From contig DQ158857.1 in the NCBI GenBank assembly GCA_000002455.1, positions 30,001 through 62,000 on the forward strand: DNA of 32,000 bases, given 5' to 3'. Of this stretch, positions 21,252 to 32,000 are shown piece after piece. Source of the DNA: Bigelowiella natans nucleomorph. Lineage: Eukaryota; Protista; Cercozoa. Made by a program: the position numbers and the translations under genes. The notes below the pieces were generated by a model. It saw only the letters and a program-made list of their open reading frames with translations, was not told the DNA's origin and searched no databases. The first letter of the stretch is position 1; every line of letters starts with the position of its first letter.

Positions 21252-24200
21252 TTCGAATAGAAATATTGGTGGCCTGTAATTCTTGGAAAAGTAATTTAAA
21301 TGCGTATGAAATGCGATTTTTATAAATTTTGTTGGTGGTAGACAATTTTTTATTTGAAGCGTCGATGATTCCTGATTTCTTAACTAAAATAAATTTATGT
21401 GAATCAGAATTTTCTAACATTCTTTCAACTAAAACACTAGTACATCCAAAAGCTATTATGCAATCTTTTTCCATTTCGCCAATTCTTAGTCCACCCTGTT
21501 TACCACGACCTTTAACTGGTTGTTTAGTTAAAATATGCTTTCTTCCTGAGGATCGTGACTGAATTTTGTTGGAAACTAGATGTTTTAGTTTATGATAAAA
21601 GATAGGACCGGTAAAGATTGTAGAATTATAGATGGATCCTTTTTTAGGATTAATCATTGTTTCTTTACCCGAAAATTCAGTATCACAGAGTATTAATGAT
21701 TGTGTACAATCTTTTAAATAAAGCTTGTTTGATTCAAATATGCTACTTTTAAATGGGTTTCCTTTTGCTAAGACCACTTTTGTAAAGAGACTCTCTAAAA
21801 CTTGACCCATTGTCATTCTAGAAGTAAAACCAGCAGGATTCATTATAAAATCCGGTATTTGTCCATTTAAATTGAATGGGAAATGTATTTTATTTCCCAT
21901 AAGACCGACTACACCTTTTTGTCCGTGTCTACTCGAGTACTTATCGCCAATTTCAGGAAAATGATTTAAAGTATATTTGAGATCAATGTCAGACTTCTTC
22001 GTGATCATGCAAATGCTGTTTGCTAAGTGACTTCTTAAAATATTAAATCTTTTTTCTTTTGATGAGAAGGATAAGAAATTATTTTCGCCTAATTTTTCTT
22101 CTGAATCATTTTTTATTATCTTTTTTCTAGTTAAAAATTCAAAAAATGTTATCTTAGTAGGCTCTGTAATTGGTTTGTTGATTCTGTATATTAAGAAAAC
22201 TACTTGGCAAATCTGTAACTTATCAGAGAGCTGCCTCTAAATAGACCTAAAAAAGAAGAGTCTTTGTTTGCTATTAAAGAATCTTCAATATTGAAAGAAT
22301 CGAAGTTCATAACGCTTAAAATAATATTTTGGGCTCCACCGATTATATCTGTTTTGTTACTTTTAGAGATATCATTATAAACCAAGCTTTTTTGAGGATA
22401 CCACAAAATATTAATCGTCAAACTGTTATTCACAAACTGGTTGAGCCCATAAAATCCTATATTTTGTTTTTCCATGGCACACTAATTAAAATACTTTTAC
22501 ATGGTAAGTATTTCTAGGTGCTTGATTATGATTAGTAAAAGGTACTATTCCAGCTATAATTCCAAAAATAGTGAAATTTCCGATTTCTATATGGCTAGTA
22601 TATTTATTAATATTTTTTTCAAAAGGTACTGGATTAGTACAAATCTCTTCGTCATAGTCCAAAAATTCTATATAACCTCTTAGCATTAAATCTCTTAAAG
22701 TTTTGTTATCAGTTTTTCCAAAGTAGTTATTTTTAATGGTATTTGATTTGTAGATCTTTAAAGTAAATAATGGTCTTAAAATTCTACCTTCATCTGAATT
22801 TATGACGCATATTTTTTCGTTTACATAGTAATTTAAAAATTTATCTAAAAAAAAGGAACGCCGTAGCTGTCTAATTTTCTAAATTTGAACTTTATTGTAT
22901 AAATAAGCCAGAAAATATTTTCATGATATCCGATAATTTTTGTTTTGTGAAATACTGAAAATTGTTTTCTTGATAACATTAGTAGGTTAAGATCATTTCT
23001 GAACACTCTCGTTCCGAGTGTCAGTAAATAAGAGGTAATTTTATTTTCGTCGATAGTAAACGATATTTGCGAGTAGTAAGATAAATTTTTAATCAGCCCA
23101 CAACTTTCACCTTCTGGAGATTCTATAAAACAAACTCGATTCCAGTAGTTTAAAAATAGTGATCTAGGATATAAGCTTTTTATGCTCTTGTTAACATACG
23201 AATTTATTTTATTTAACATGCTTGTTGTACTCAAATAGGAAAATTTTGTATGAACCTTCTAAAATGTATTAAACCTGTGAGTTACATACTATGCTTACGA
23301 CCAAATTTTTGTTTGTAAAAATTCCACTAAGAAGAGAATACTCGATTGCCTGAGTTATGTTATGACTTTTTAGAATGCGAATAATGTTTATTTTTGAATT
23401 TTTGGTTATATTAGTTGACAGTTTTAGAATGCTCTTTATTAAGAATTCAAATAATTTATTCATGCAGGATGAAAAGGTAATTTTAAGTAAATCTCCTAAA
23501 ATTTAGAATTTCACCTATTCTCAGATATCTAGTGTTTGATAAACTAAATCCCGAAATTAGTGGGGTATTATTGTGAAGTAGAATTAGTGACTTTTTTATT
23601 AAAATGATTAAAAATACTATTTTATAGGAAAAATCTCCGTTTAAGTACGGAATTTCGGATAAGAGTATATTTTCCAAGAATTTATCTATGAATTTTTTTT
23701 TATGATTAAATATAAATGCTTTAACAAATGAATCAATCTTGTTTTTTAAATAGCATTTTGATAGTTGCTTTATTATAAATGTTAACTTTGTCAAAATTTC
23801 TGAAAGTGTTATTAATTTTAGAAAAAAGTTCCATGCTATATACTCCAATAGAATTTAAAAAATGATAAAGTTTTACTTCTTTCAATCCTAGTGCTATCAG
23901 CAAAATTATTAGATCTATTTCTGAATTAAATAAATTCGAAGACAATGTAAACTTCGATTTATTTATAATTATCTTATATTTGAATATTTTTTTGTAATAT
24001 TTCATAAATAGTTTGGTAATAACTGAATTTTTTTTATAAAGTCTAAAATTAAATAGAGAAGATTTATAGATCTCTTGTATTAGGATTGATCTTTCTTTAC
24101 CCTGTTTTAATTTATCATACCTTCAAAATAAAGTATCCTCCTAAATCAAGCGGACATTCCCCATAGCAAATAGATTTCTTGACTTGTGCATAATTTAGAA

Positions 24201-24621
24201 TACATCTATAACAAATATTTTACTTTAAAGATCTGAGTAAAATTGGTATATTTCCTAAATTTATAAAATAGCATTTAGAATCATTTTTTTTAAATTGGTT
24301 TAATTTTATTGTTTCTACGTTAATAGCTATCAGTAATATTCCAGAATAAGAGTATTTGCAGAGTCTCGAAATAAAAGGCGTGAATTTTTTAAAGTTTTTA
24401 CCTTCTATCTTTAATGGTAAAGTTAAATGAGAATTTGTACCCCTTTTTAAAATATTGTACCTAATATTTAAGCCAAATTCATTGTCTTTGAATATTATTT
24501 TAATCTTTTTTTTTTTAACTATGTTTTTAATAGTATTTGTGATAAAGTTGTTATATGAGATTATCTGTTGGTAAATTGAAGTTAGGAAATTTTGATTATT
24601 AATATTTATGTTGTAGACCAT
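21244..24621 (-). CDS. rpc2: RNA polymerase III second-largest subunit Rpc2 (C128)
   Basis: ECPLDLGGYF, ESPEGESCGLIKNL, NHNQAPRNTY, PEIGDKYSSRHGQKGVVG, GGLRIGEMEKDC and YAFKLLFQEL. EIGDK.SS and QKGV favour Rpc2 over Rpb2 or Rpa2. Many tiny introns. Confidence 0.87.
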
Positions 24622-24707
24622 ATAGTTAATATTATTTACTGGAATACAAAATTTATTATTTTAATAAAAATTAATTTAAATAGTTAAATAATAATACAAA
24701 TATTTTG

Positions 24708-24993
24708 TTATAAAAATACATTAATTTCTGTATAAAATCTTGATACTAGCTCAACTGTTTGTTTACAATAATAGCTATCTAGTTTCTTGTTATAAGCATT
24801 ATTTTTCATCAAATTATATAGAATATTAAATCTATTTGTCTATTACATATATAATCACTTTTTTGGTATTTTTAACTATGTTATTAATAAATAATGAATT
24901 AAACAATCCGATCTATACAAGAACGTTTACGTTGAAAAATTTTTTATCATTGAATAAAAATAAAATGTCAAAATATTTTTTATTGTGTATCAT
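24708..24993 (-). CDS. Small hypothetical protein (82 aa)
   Basis: ATG at 24993. Removing one 18-nt and one 19-nt GT-AG intron gives a continuous frame to TAA at 24708. Confidence 0.5.
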
Positions 24994-25032
24994 AAAAAGA
25001 AATTTCTTATAATTAGTTTATGATAGTTATTG

Positions 25033-26710
25033 TTAATTAAATTCAATTATTCTTTGAATAAATATATGATTGAAGCATAAAAATGGCTTAATTTTAATCT
25101 TCAATTCCGATGAAAATTTATTATAACTTTTATTCGTATTGTGAAAATTGGTCCACGCTAAATTTTCTACAATTTCAAAGATATCCGATCCTGTAAGTGT
25201 ATAATATAATTGTTTTCTATTTATAGATCTTAAATCCAAACAATTTCCAAGTAGTTTCGCACGAATATGATGTTTACATATTTTTATTTTTTCTTTTTGA
25301 GATGGATAAGGGATATAATAGACATTTGTAAATCTAAAAAGTTATTACTACCTGCCGCTTCTCAAGAGTGCTGAATCAATTAATTCTAGACAGTTAGTTG
25401 CACCTATGATTATTATATCATTTGAGTTTGAAAGATTGTCAAACTCTATTAGAAATTGTTGAGTAATTCTATCATTTGTGCTACCATGAGAATAATTTCT
25501 TGACATGCAAATCGTATCAATTTCGTCAAAAAAAATTAAAGATGGAGAGTTATTTTTTGCATTTTGAAAAAGATCTCGTAATTTTTTTTCTCCTACGCCC
25601 ACATACTTACTCAATAATGAAGGGCTATTAATATAGTAAAAAGGAAATCTAAAAACATGTGATATAGTATTCGCTAATAGTGTTTTACCGCAGCCTGGTG
25701 GTCCGTAAAGTAAAATGCCAAGTATTTTGTTTCCTTTATCTGATTTAGGATTCTATAATAATCTTGAAACTTTATAAAAAAATTGATAGGTCTTTTTTAT
25801 CAGTTTACTTTGTTTAGGAGGAATCTTATTGACTTTGCTAAGAGTTTTTTTAGAGCAATTCTCTAATTGTAAGCTAATTTGAAGGTCATATCCAGTAAAG
25901 ATCGCATAAAATAAATAATTTCTTAAATAGGAATCGTCGAATTTTTTATTTATTAGTCTATAATTGTGATGAAATCTTTTTATGGCTAATAAACAAATTT
26001 TTTTGAGTACTTTTATTATTTTTGGCAAACTCAGAAAAGTATAAAAAGTTTTTAGAATTTTAACTATTTGATTTTGGCTTATAATTAAATTTTTATTGAA
26101 TTCCTTTAAAAATTGAATAATACTTCAATAATATAATAAAAATGCTTTATCGATGGCTTTCTAAAATAAATAGATGATATAGAGTTTTTCTTAGTGATAT
26201 TAAGTAAATTTTTATCCATATCGCAATTAAATAGCCCTATAATTATCATTTTTGTAAAGCTTATATTAATTTTTTAACTTGTTTGCTTGTTTTCTTCTAA
26301 AATTTATTATTTTTTTAAGTATGGTATCATCGAATGTATCTAGAGTTAATTTAAGATGTCTAAATTTTTCTATATTTTGATAAATAAAGATACAACGACT
26401 ATAATACTTAAGGCATTTTGAAATCAGTGCTGTTAATCGTAAATCTATAGATTTTTTTGTCCATGCTTTTTTAATTATCTAATTCGAATTTTAAAACTTC
26501 TATAGAAGGTAGATTACAGTAATAAGAAACTAATGATATAGCAAATTTCTTTCCTGATCCAGGAGTTCCAAAAAATATACATTTCTTAATTATATCAAAA
26601 GAAAACCAGTTATATAGAAATTTATATTTAATCGGAAGTATGAACTCTAATTTTATGTTATTTTCAATACCAAGTATTTTCAAGAACTTTTGATAAATGT
26701 GGATTTCCAT
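25033..26710 (-). CDS. Double-ring AAA ATPase, Rix7/NVL-like
   Basis: D2 has GILLYGPPGCGKTLLA, SKYVG, IFFDEID, GATN and LLRSGR; D1 is degenerate. KYVG argues against Cdc48 (MWFG) and GKT against Afg2 (SKT). Confidence 0.75.
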
Positions 26711-26771
26711 AAAGTTTTATAAGGAGGCTAATAACACAACTTGATTATAAGTAGATATGTTGAAGAACAAT

Positions 26772-27558
26772 TCAAGGCAATAAGTTTGAGTAAATTTTAG
26801 AAAAATATAAACGGCATTCGTAATCGTTTATAATACTAAAGCAGGAACAACTTTTAGACCAGAAAACTTTATCCCTTAGAAGATCTGGTAAAATTATTAG
26901 AAAAATTATCTTTTTCAAGATAAATAGTATTTTTTTACTGTAATTTGTTATTTTATTTATTTTATATTTTTTATCATATAATTGAATTTTATTCTTATCC
27001 AAAATAATTTTAGATAGTACATGGAAAAAACTTTGATTGACACTATCAAACTAAAACATTAATATTTACTTTTAAAAGCTCCAAATTTTTTTTTTTATAC
27101 CAGCATCCATGGTGTATCTTTTCAGTTTTGATATGATCATTAATCAGATAAAATATGTATTTTATTAAAATGTTTTTCATAATACAAAATTTTGCAGTAT
27201 ATTTAGTTGTTTTAGTAGTATTAAAGATTTTATTCAAAATCCGATTATCTTTGACGCTTTCTATTGAATTAAAATAGAATCTTATTCTAGATAATTTTTG
27301 AAATATATCTTTGCATCGATAAAATATTTTATTAATATACAATTTTTCATGATTGAAAATTTTAATTTTTCTAGAATTAAAGTATTTTTTTTTTAATACA
27401 AATTGTGAAATACCTTTTCTTCCAATATTAGGCCATTTTCTATTTATATCGTAATTCAAAATTCTTGTTCTGTTTATGGAAAGAATGAGTATTATTTTAC
27501 TTTTTATAGCATTTAAAATAATAGAGTAATAGTTACTTGAAAAAACAGAATTATGCAT
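26772..27558 (-). CDS. Hypothetical protein
   Basis: Two ORF-track pieces joined in frame by the 19-nt intron gtaaatattaatgttttag. Confidence 0.55.
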
Positions 27559-28050
27559 AGATACAAGTTTTCATCAAAAGTAGTTAACATCACTTTTCTA
27601 AAAATGATTAGGAATAAATTTTTCAACTTTTTATCTAACGTTACACCTAAAGATAGGAGACTTTATAAATTAAAATCTAACAAAAAAAAATTTTTAAAGT
27701 CAATATTATTGAACATCAACTGTGCTAACATTTTTGAAATTCAATTGTCTAAAGGAGTTACACAGTCGAGTGTACTCTATGAAAAGAAATTAGATTTAAA
27801 TCTCAAAAATCTTCAGTTGCTAGGTACAAAATTAGAATATGTTTCCAAAAAGTTAATAATAATTAATAGTTTTCTAGAAAAAAATCAATTTCTAAAATCA
27901 TATCAAATGGCATTGTTTGATAAGAAAAAGTTCTTTGAAATAATAAAATCATATAATAAAAAGATAACTAAAAACTTTTATGAATATCACAATTTCAATA
28001 AAATATTCAACAAAAAATTATCAGTTCATTTTATTTTTGTTAGATATTGA
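27553..28050 (+). CDS. Hypothetical basic protein, may extend 3' via an intron
   Basis: 165-codon ORF with no confident motif. Confidence 0.5.
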   Translation: MHRYKFSSKVVNITFLKMIRNKFFNFLSNVTPKDRRLYKLKSNKKKFLKSILLNINCANIFEIQLSKGVTQSSVLYEKKLDLNLKNLQLLGTKLEYVSKKLIIINSFLEKNQFLKSYQMALFDKKKFFEIIKSYNKKITKNFYEYHNFNKIFNKKLSVHFIFVRY

Positions 28051-28176
28051 TAAATTTGAAGCTAAGAAAATCCGTGACAAATAAAATGGTTTCCTTTATA
28101 AAAATGTTTTACTTTAGCGTCAAGTCTAGGACTAAATTGCTATAATAACACAACTTTCTTAGATACTAGTTGATTA

Positions 28177-28482
28177 ATGGAAAAAAAAAGCGACATACAA
28201 AAATCTCGCTTAAGTATTAATAACATTACCTCTAAAAGTTATATTTCGAAATTATCCATAAAACGTCTTGCCCGTAAAAGTGGAATTAAGCGTATGTCTT
28301 GTACTATTTATGCAGAAATAAACAAATTTATTGTTGAATTTCTCACAAAGATAGTCAAAGATATAATAATGTATTTTTAATATTATAGATTTTGTAGATA
28401 TGAAAATAGAACTTTAATCAAAGTTAGCGATGTCCTAGTAGTTTTGAGAAGATATGGAAAAATGTACTATGGTAAGCGTTAA
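28177..28482 (+). CDS. H4: Divergent histone H4 (95 aa)
   Basis: 18-nt intron at 28371-28388. ISKLSIKRLARKSGIKRMS..IY.E...DVLVVLRRYGKMYYG matches the H4 fold. Confidence 0.93.
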
Positions 28483-28533
28483 GAATGATATTTCATAAAT
28501 ATTTAAGTATAGTACTAAGTAATAAAATAATTT

Positions 28534-31224
28534 ATGATGGGATCTTATCCTAATTATGAAATGGATGAAAGTATCATAAAGTAGAAAAGAAAAAATTTAT
28601 ATTTTCCTAAAAAATTTCAGTAAGTTTAAACAAAAAATGAATAAAAAAGGCTATAAGTATTTAGACTTATTAGTATAATCATATAAAATAGGTTTCATGT
28701 GCTTATAACTTAAAGAAAAGTTTAGTTATTGAATTAGTTGATTTGATTAATGTAAATATAAAAGTAATAGTATTTTCAATCTAATATTAATAAGGATTTA
28801 GAACTATTGTATAATTTCCGAACAAATTTTTATGGATACTACATAATTACAAAAAAAGCCGTCAGGGATATAATCTTTGAGATTCGATTTAGAGTTTTAA
28901 ATGTTGATTAAATTTTAAGTAGAAAACCTTAAAGTCAACATTACTCTCTCATATTAAAAAAATTGTAGATTTTAAGTATGGAAATATTCAATTAATAATA
29001 CATTCTGGTAACTATGCCTCTAGTTTAGTAAAAAACATGAAAATGTATTTATATATAGGAAGCTTAATTAAATCCAAGGTAATTATATATAAAAATAGGT
29101 ATATATAATGCATAAATCTAGAACATTTTTGAAAATTGATTCAATCTTACAAAAAATTAATAATAAAAATAACATATCTTTGGAATTGATAAATTACGAA
29201 TCCTTTTCGGCATTATCTAGCAATTCAATCGATTTAAATAATAAAGTAAGTTATAAAAAAAATTTTTTACCATTGCAGTTTAGTCTCAGTCGTTTAAAAA
29301 ATAAAAACGTTTGTTTTATTATTTAGAAAAGCTATAATCTTAATGATTCATTATTAATGCTTGTTTTGGAGGGAATATTTATTGATTCCTGTTCAGTTCA
29401 CAAAGAATATATAGTTTCTGGATTATTAAGTTCAGCTCCCTTAAATAATGGAAAAATCGGTTATTCTTTAAATTTTTTCATTCATATACATAGTATCGGC
29501 TATTCTAATCAATTAGTTTTGAATATAGGTTCTTTTTATAAAATATATAAACATTTAGTAAAAATATTTACAATAGAAAACTAAAAAAGCAGAGTCATTA
29601 TACTACTTTTTAAGTATTCTATTATTCAATGAATTAAAGTCTTATAGCGAATTAAAAAAAATATTATTTTTAATGCTGATAAAAAATAATAAAAATGAGA
29701 ATCTTTTTAATAAAATAGAAAATAATATTAATATATGTCTTTTGAATAAATCAAGCTTCGATCTAGAATCATTATTAGACCAAGTAGTATCATATAAATA
29801 CATTAACTTTTTCAATGTTTCTAATACTTCGCATCAAAGTAAATTTAGTAATTTTTTTTTTATCAGATATTTACAATGCCTTAGAAAATAATAATATCTA
29901 TAGAAATTGTACAGATAATTTTCATTCGAAAAAGCCATGTTCTTTTTTTAAATCTATAATTTTACTTAACGATATAGATTTAGTTGATTTAAACAAAACA
30001 ATATTTAATTTTCACGTAAGTGTAAAAATTTTAGATCACTGAACAAAACAAAATTTCTGTATTTGATTTTTCTAATAATCAAAAGCTGTATTTCTCTAAT
30101 TTGAGTTTTATTTTCAATATAAATTTATACTTAAATTATAAGGAAAAACTGAAATTTCGAGAACTAAACTTAAAACTAGATAATTACATCAAGTATTTTT
30201 TCATTAATTAGTTTTGATTTATTTATAAGTACAGTAAAAACTAGTAACAAAAAACAATTTTCTGATATCTTTTATATTTTCGATAAAACAGTTATTAAAG
30301 AATCAAATATTAACAATGAGATAAAATCTAAGTACAAGAAGCTTTTGGGAATAATGATGTATTCTAAGCCTTATTTGAGTAACACCAAGAAAAGTTATAT
30401 TTTAAAAATTAGATTACTTAAAACAATTATATTATTCGATTAGAAAGCAAAAATACTCAAATAAAAACTATAAAATTAGTAACCATAAAATATTTCTAAG
30501 TTTCTTAAAGTTATCATACTTATCATCAAAACTTTATTTACATAAAAAGGTATTTTACCTTGAATAGGTTAAATTCAGTACATTTGAAGAGATATTGTCT
30601 ATTTTTTCTAGAGCTTTGTAAATTAGAAATAATTACTCTAAATAATTATAATTGAATTTAAATGTTTACAGATATTCCGTTGGTTTGTAATAAGTGTTTA
30701 AGTAATAAAAAATATGTGACTTTCGTCAAAGTTATTTTGAAGTAAATAGGACAATAATATGAAAAAGTGTGTAATTAGTGGATTTAGTTTTTTTCCTTTT
30801 ACTGTTAATGTTAATGGTCATAATATTAAAACTATAATTTGTAAAGAAATTGCAATTCTCAAATTAATTTGTCAAGTAAATATTACAAAATAGGTATGTC
30901 TCTTGAACGTAGCAAATAACAATAATATTAAAAGAAAGCCATCAATAAGAATTAAATTAGATGATAAAAGTATCTCTAAAAAAAGAAATATGTATTAAAA
31001 TATATTTTAGTTGTACTACTTTCTTTAGAATAAATAGTAGAAATAATGAATTTGAAGAATTATACAATGAGCATGAACTTTTTCGATTTTGTTCATTAAA
31101 GATCAACAATAAGTATGGGATTGAGTACTTATCCTTAAATACCTCTGATCATAAAGGAAAGCTTAGAATAGTAATTGGTAATAAACGATTTCAATTTTTT
31201 AATTTAAAAGTATATATAATTTAA
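28534..31224 (+). CDS. spt16: Probable FACT subunit Spt16, highly divergent
   Basis: Intron-rich gene with colinear remnants IIHSGNY (Spt16 IIQSGGNY), IG.....SRTFL (GIRFKSYCSNLVRTLM), FNFH (PFH) and FFPFTVNV (WPPFVVTL). Exon structure traced only in the 5' part. Confidence 0.6.
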
Positions 31225-31292
31225 AAAAGTATTTCATAAGAGCTTTTTATACATCTATATTGAAACAAAATAAATAAATCTTTAATTATTTA

Positions 31293-31638
31293 TTATAAGT
31301 AAAGTATAAAAAATACACTTATTTTTTTGTTGATTCCAAAAAAAAATTTATTTAACCTATTATACTTTTAAATAAATTTAACTTTTAAAAAAGTAAGAAT
31401 ATTTGTCATTACTAAGGATGATTGACGAAATATTTGCTTTGTAGTTCTACTTGTATCAACTTTGAAGTTGGAAACTCCGAAAATATTTTTCCAGTTAAAA
31501 GGACCATGTTTACAATTTCTTGTGAAGTGATTATACTTTTATATAATGCGTTACTTCTCCGCATATTTCGCAGCTTATACTCATTATTTTGATGTTTTTT
31601 ATAATTGATAGCATGTTATTAGTTTTGGGTCTTAACAT
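31293..31638 (-). CDS. Small CCHC zinc-knuckle protein
   Basis: Removing the 19-nt intron gtaacgcattatataaaag gives SCEICGEYNHFTRNC (CX2CX4HX4C). A second 18-nt intron lies near the 3' end. Confidence 0.7.
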
Positions 31639-31758
31639 TATGTATAAAAGTAGATCTAATTAAAAAAACTACTACTTCTGTGTTGTGGTATTAATGGTAC
31701 AACCTAAAAAAAAGTTTTCTAAGCAGACAAAGTTAAATTAGAAATAAAGAAAAATTAA

Positions 31759-32000
31759 TTACTTAGAAAAATTCAAAAATACAAAAGAGTGGAAAATAGT
31801 AATTGCTCCTAAGATATTTGAATATAAAATTATAGGATACATTATTAATAATAAATACACTAATAATTCAGGTCGACTAAAGGAAATTTCAAAAAGAAAT
31901 TTGGAAGTTTCTTTATCTGAGCTAATAAATGTTTTTAAACTCAAAATAGGATTATTCAAGCTATTATAAGATTATAAAATTACAACCTTATACTATGAAT
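31759..32000 (-). CDS. 3' end of a hypothetical protein with hydrophobic C-terminus
   Basis: ORF-track frame ending at 31759 that probably begins beyond the window. Confidence 0.4.

Noticed and set aside
21244-24621. Pseudogenes, frameshifting or stop readthrough to explain fragmented ORFs
   Set aside because: The breaks I examined coincide with 18-21 nt GT-AG introns whose removal restores conserved frames.
1-32000. CRISPR arrays, mobile elements, rRNA or telomeric repeats
   Set aside because: No repeat-spacer pattern, transposase or reverse transcriptase motif, rRNA sequence or tandem repeat was seen.

Overview
This is very AT-rich, extremely gene-dense eukaryotic DNA. Almost every gene is split by 18-21 nt GT-AG introns and intergenic gaps are mostly 0-100 nt. 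That architecture is diagnostic of a chlorarachniophyte nucleomorph (a relict green-algal endosymbiont nucleus, Bigelowiella-like); the taxon is inferred, not looked up. Splicing the tiny introns by hand gives about 30 protein genes, several invisible in the ORF track: RNA polymerase subunits (AC40, Rpb3, Rpb6, Rpb12, Rpc2), spliceosome factors (SF3B3, PHF5A, Hub1, Isy1), ribosomal proteins (eL42, uL15, uL16, uL1, uS17, eL24-like, uL11), three degenerate CCT subunits, Mcm2, Mak16, a Rix7-like AAA ATPase, a divergent histone H4 next to a probable Spt16, a candidate plastid-targeted SRPBCC protein and several orphans. The most unusual signals are RNA genes: a circularly permuted tRNA-Ser(CGA) lying 6 nt upstream of tRNA-Ile(UAU), a roughly 97 nt U1 snRNA lacking the U1-70K and U1A loops, a tRNA-Leu(UAG) with no long variable arm, and T5 runs inside tRNAs with no terminator behind them. 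All protein identities come from motif recognition by eye, not database searches.
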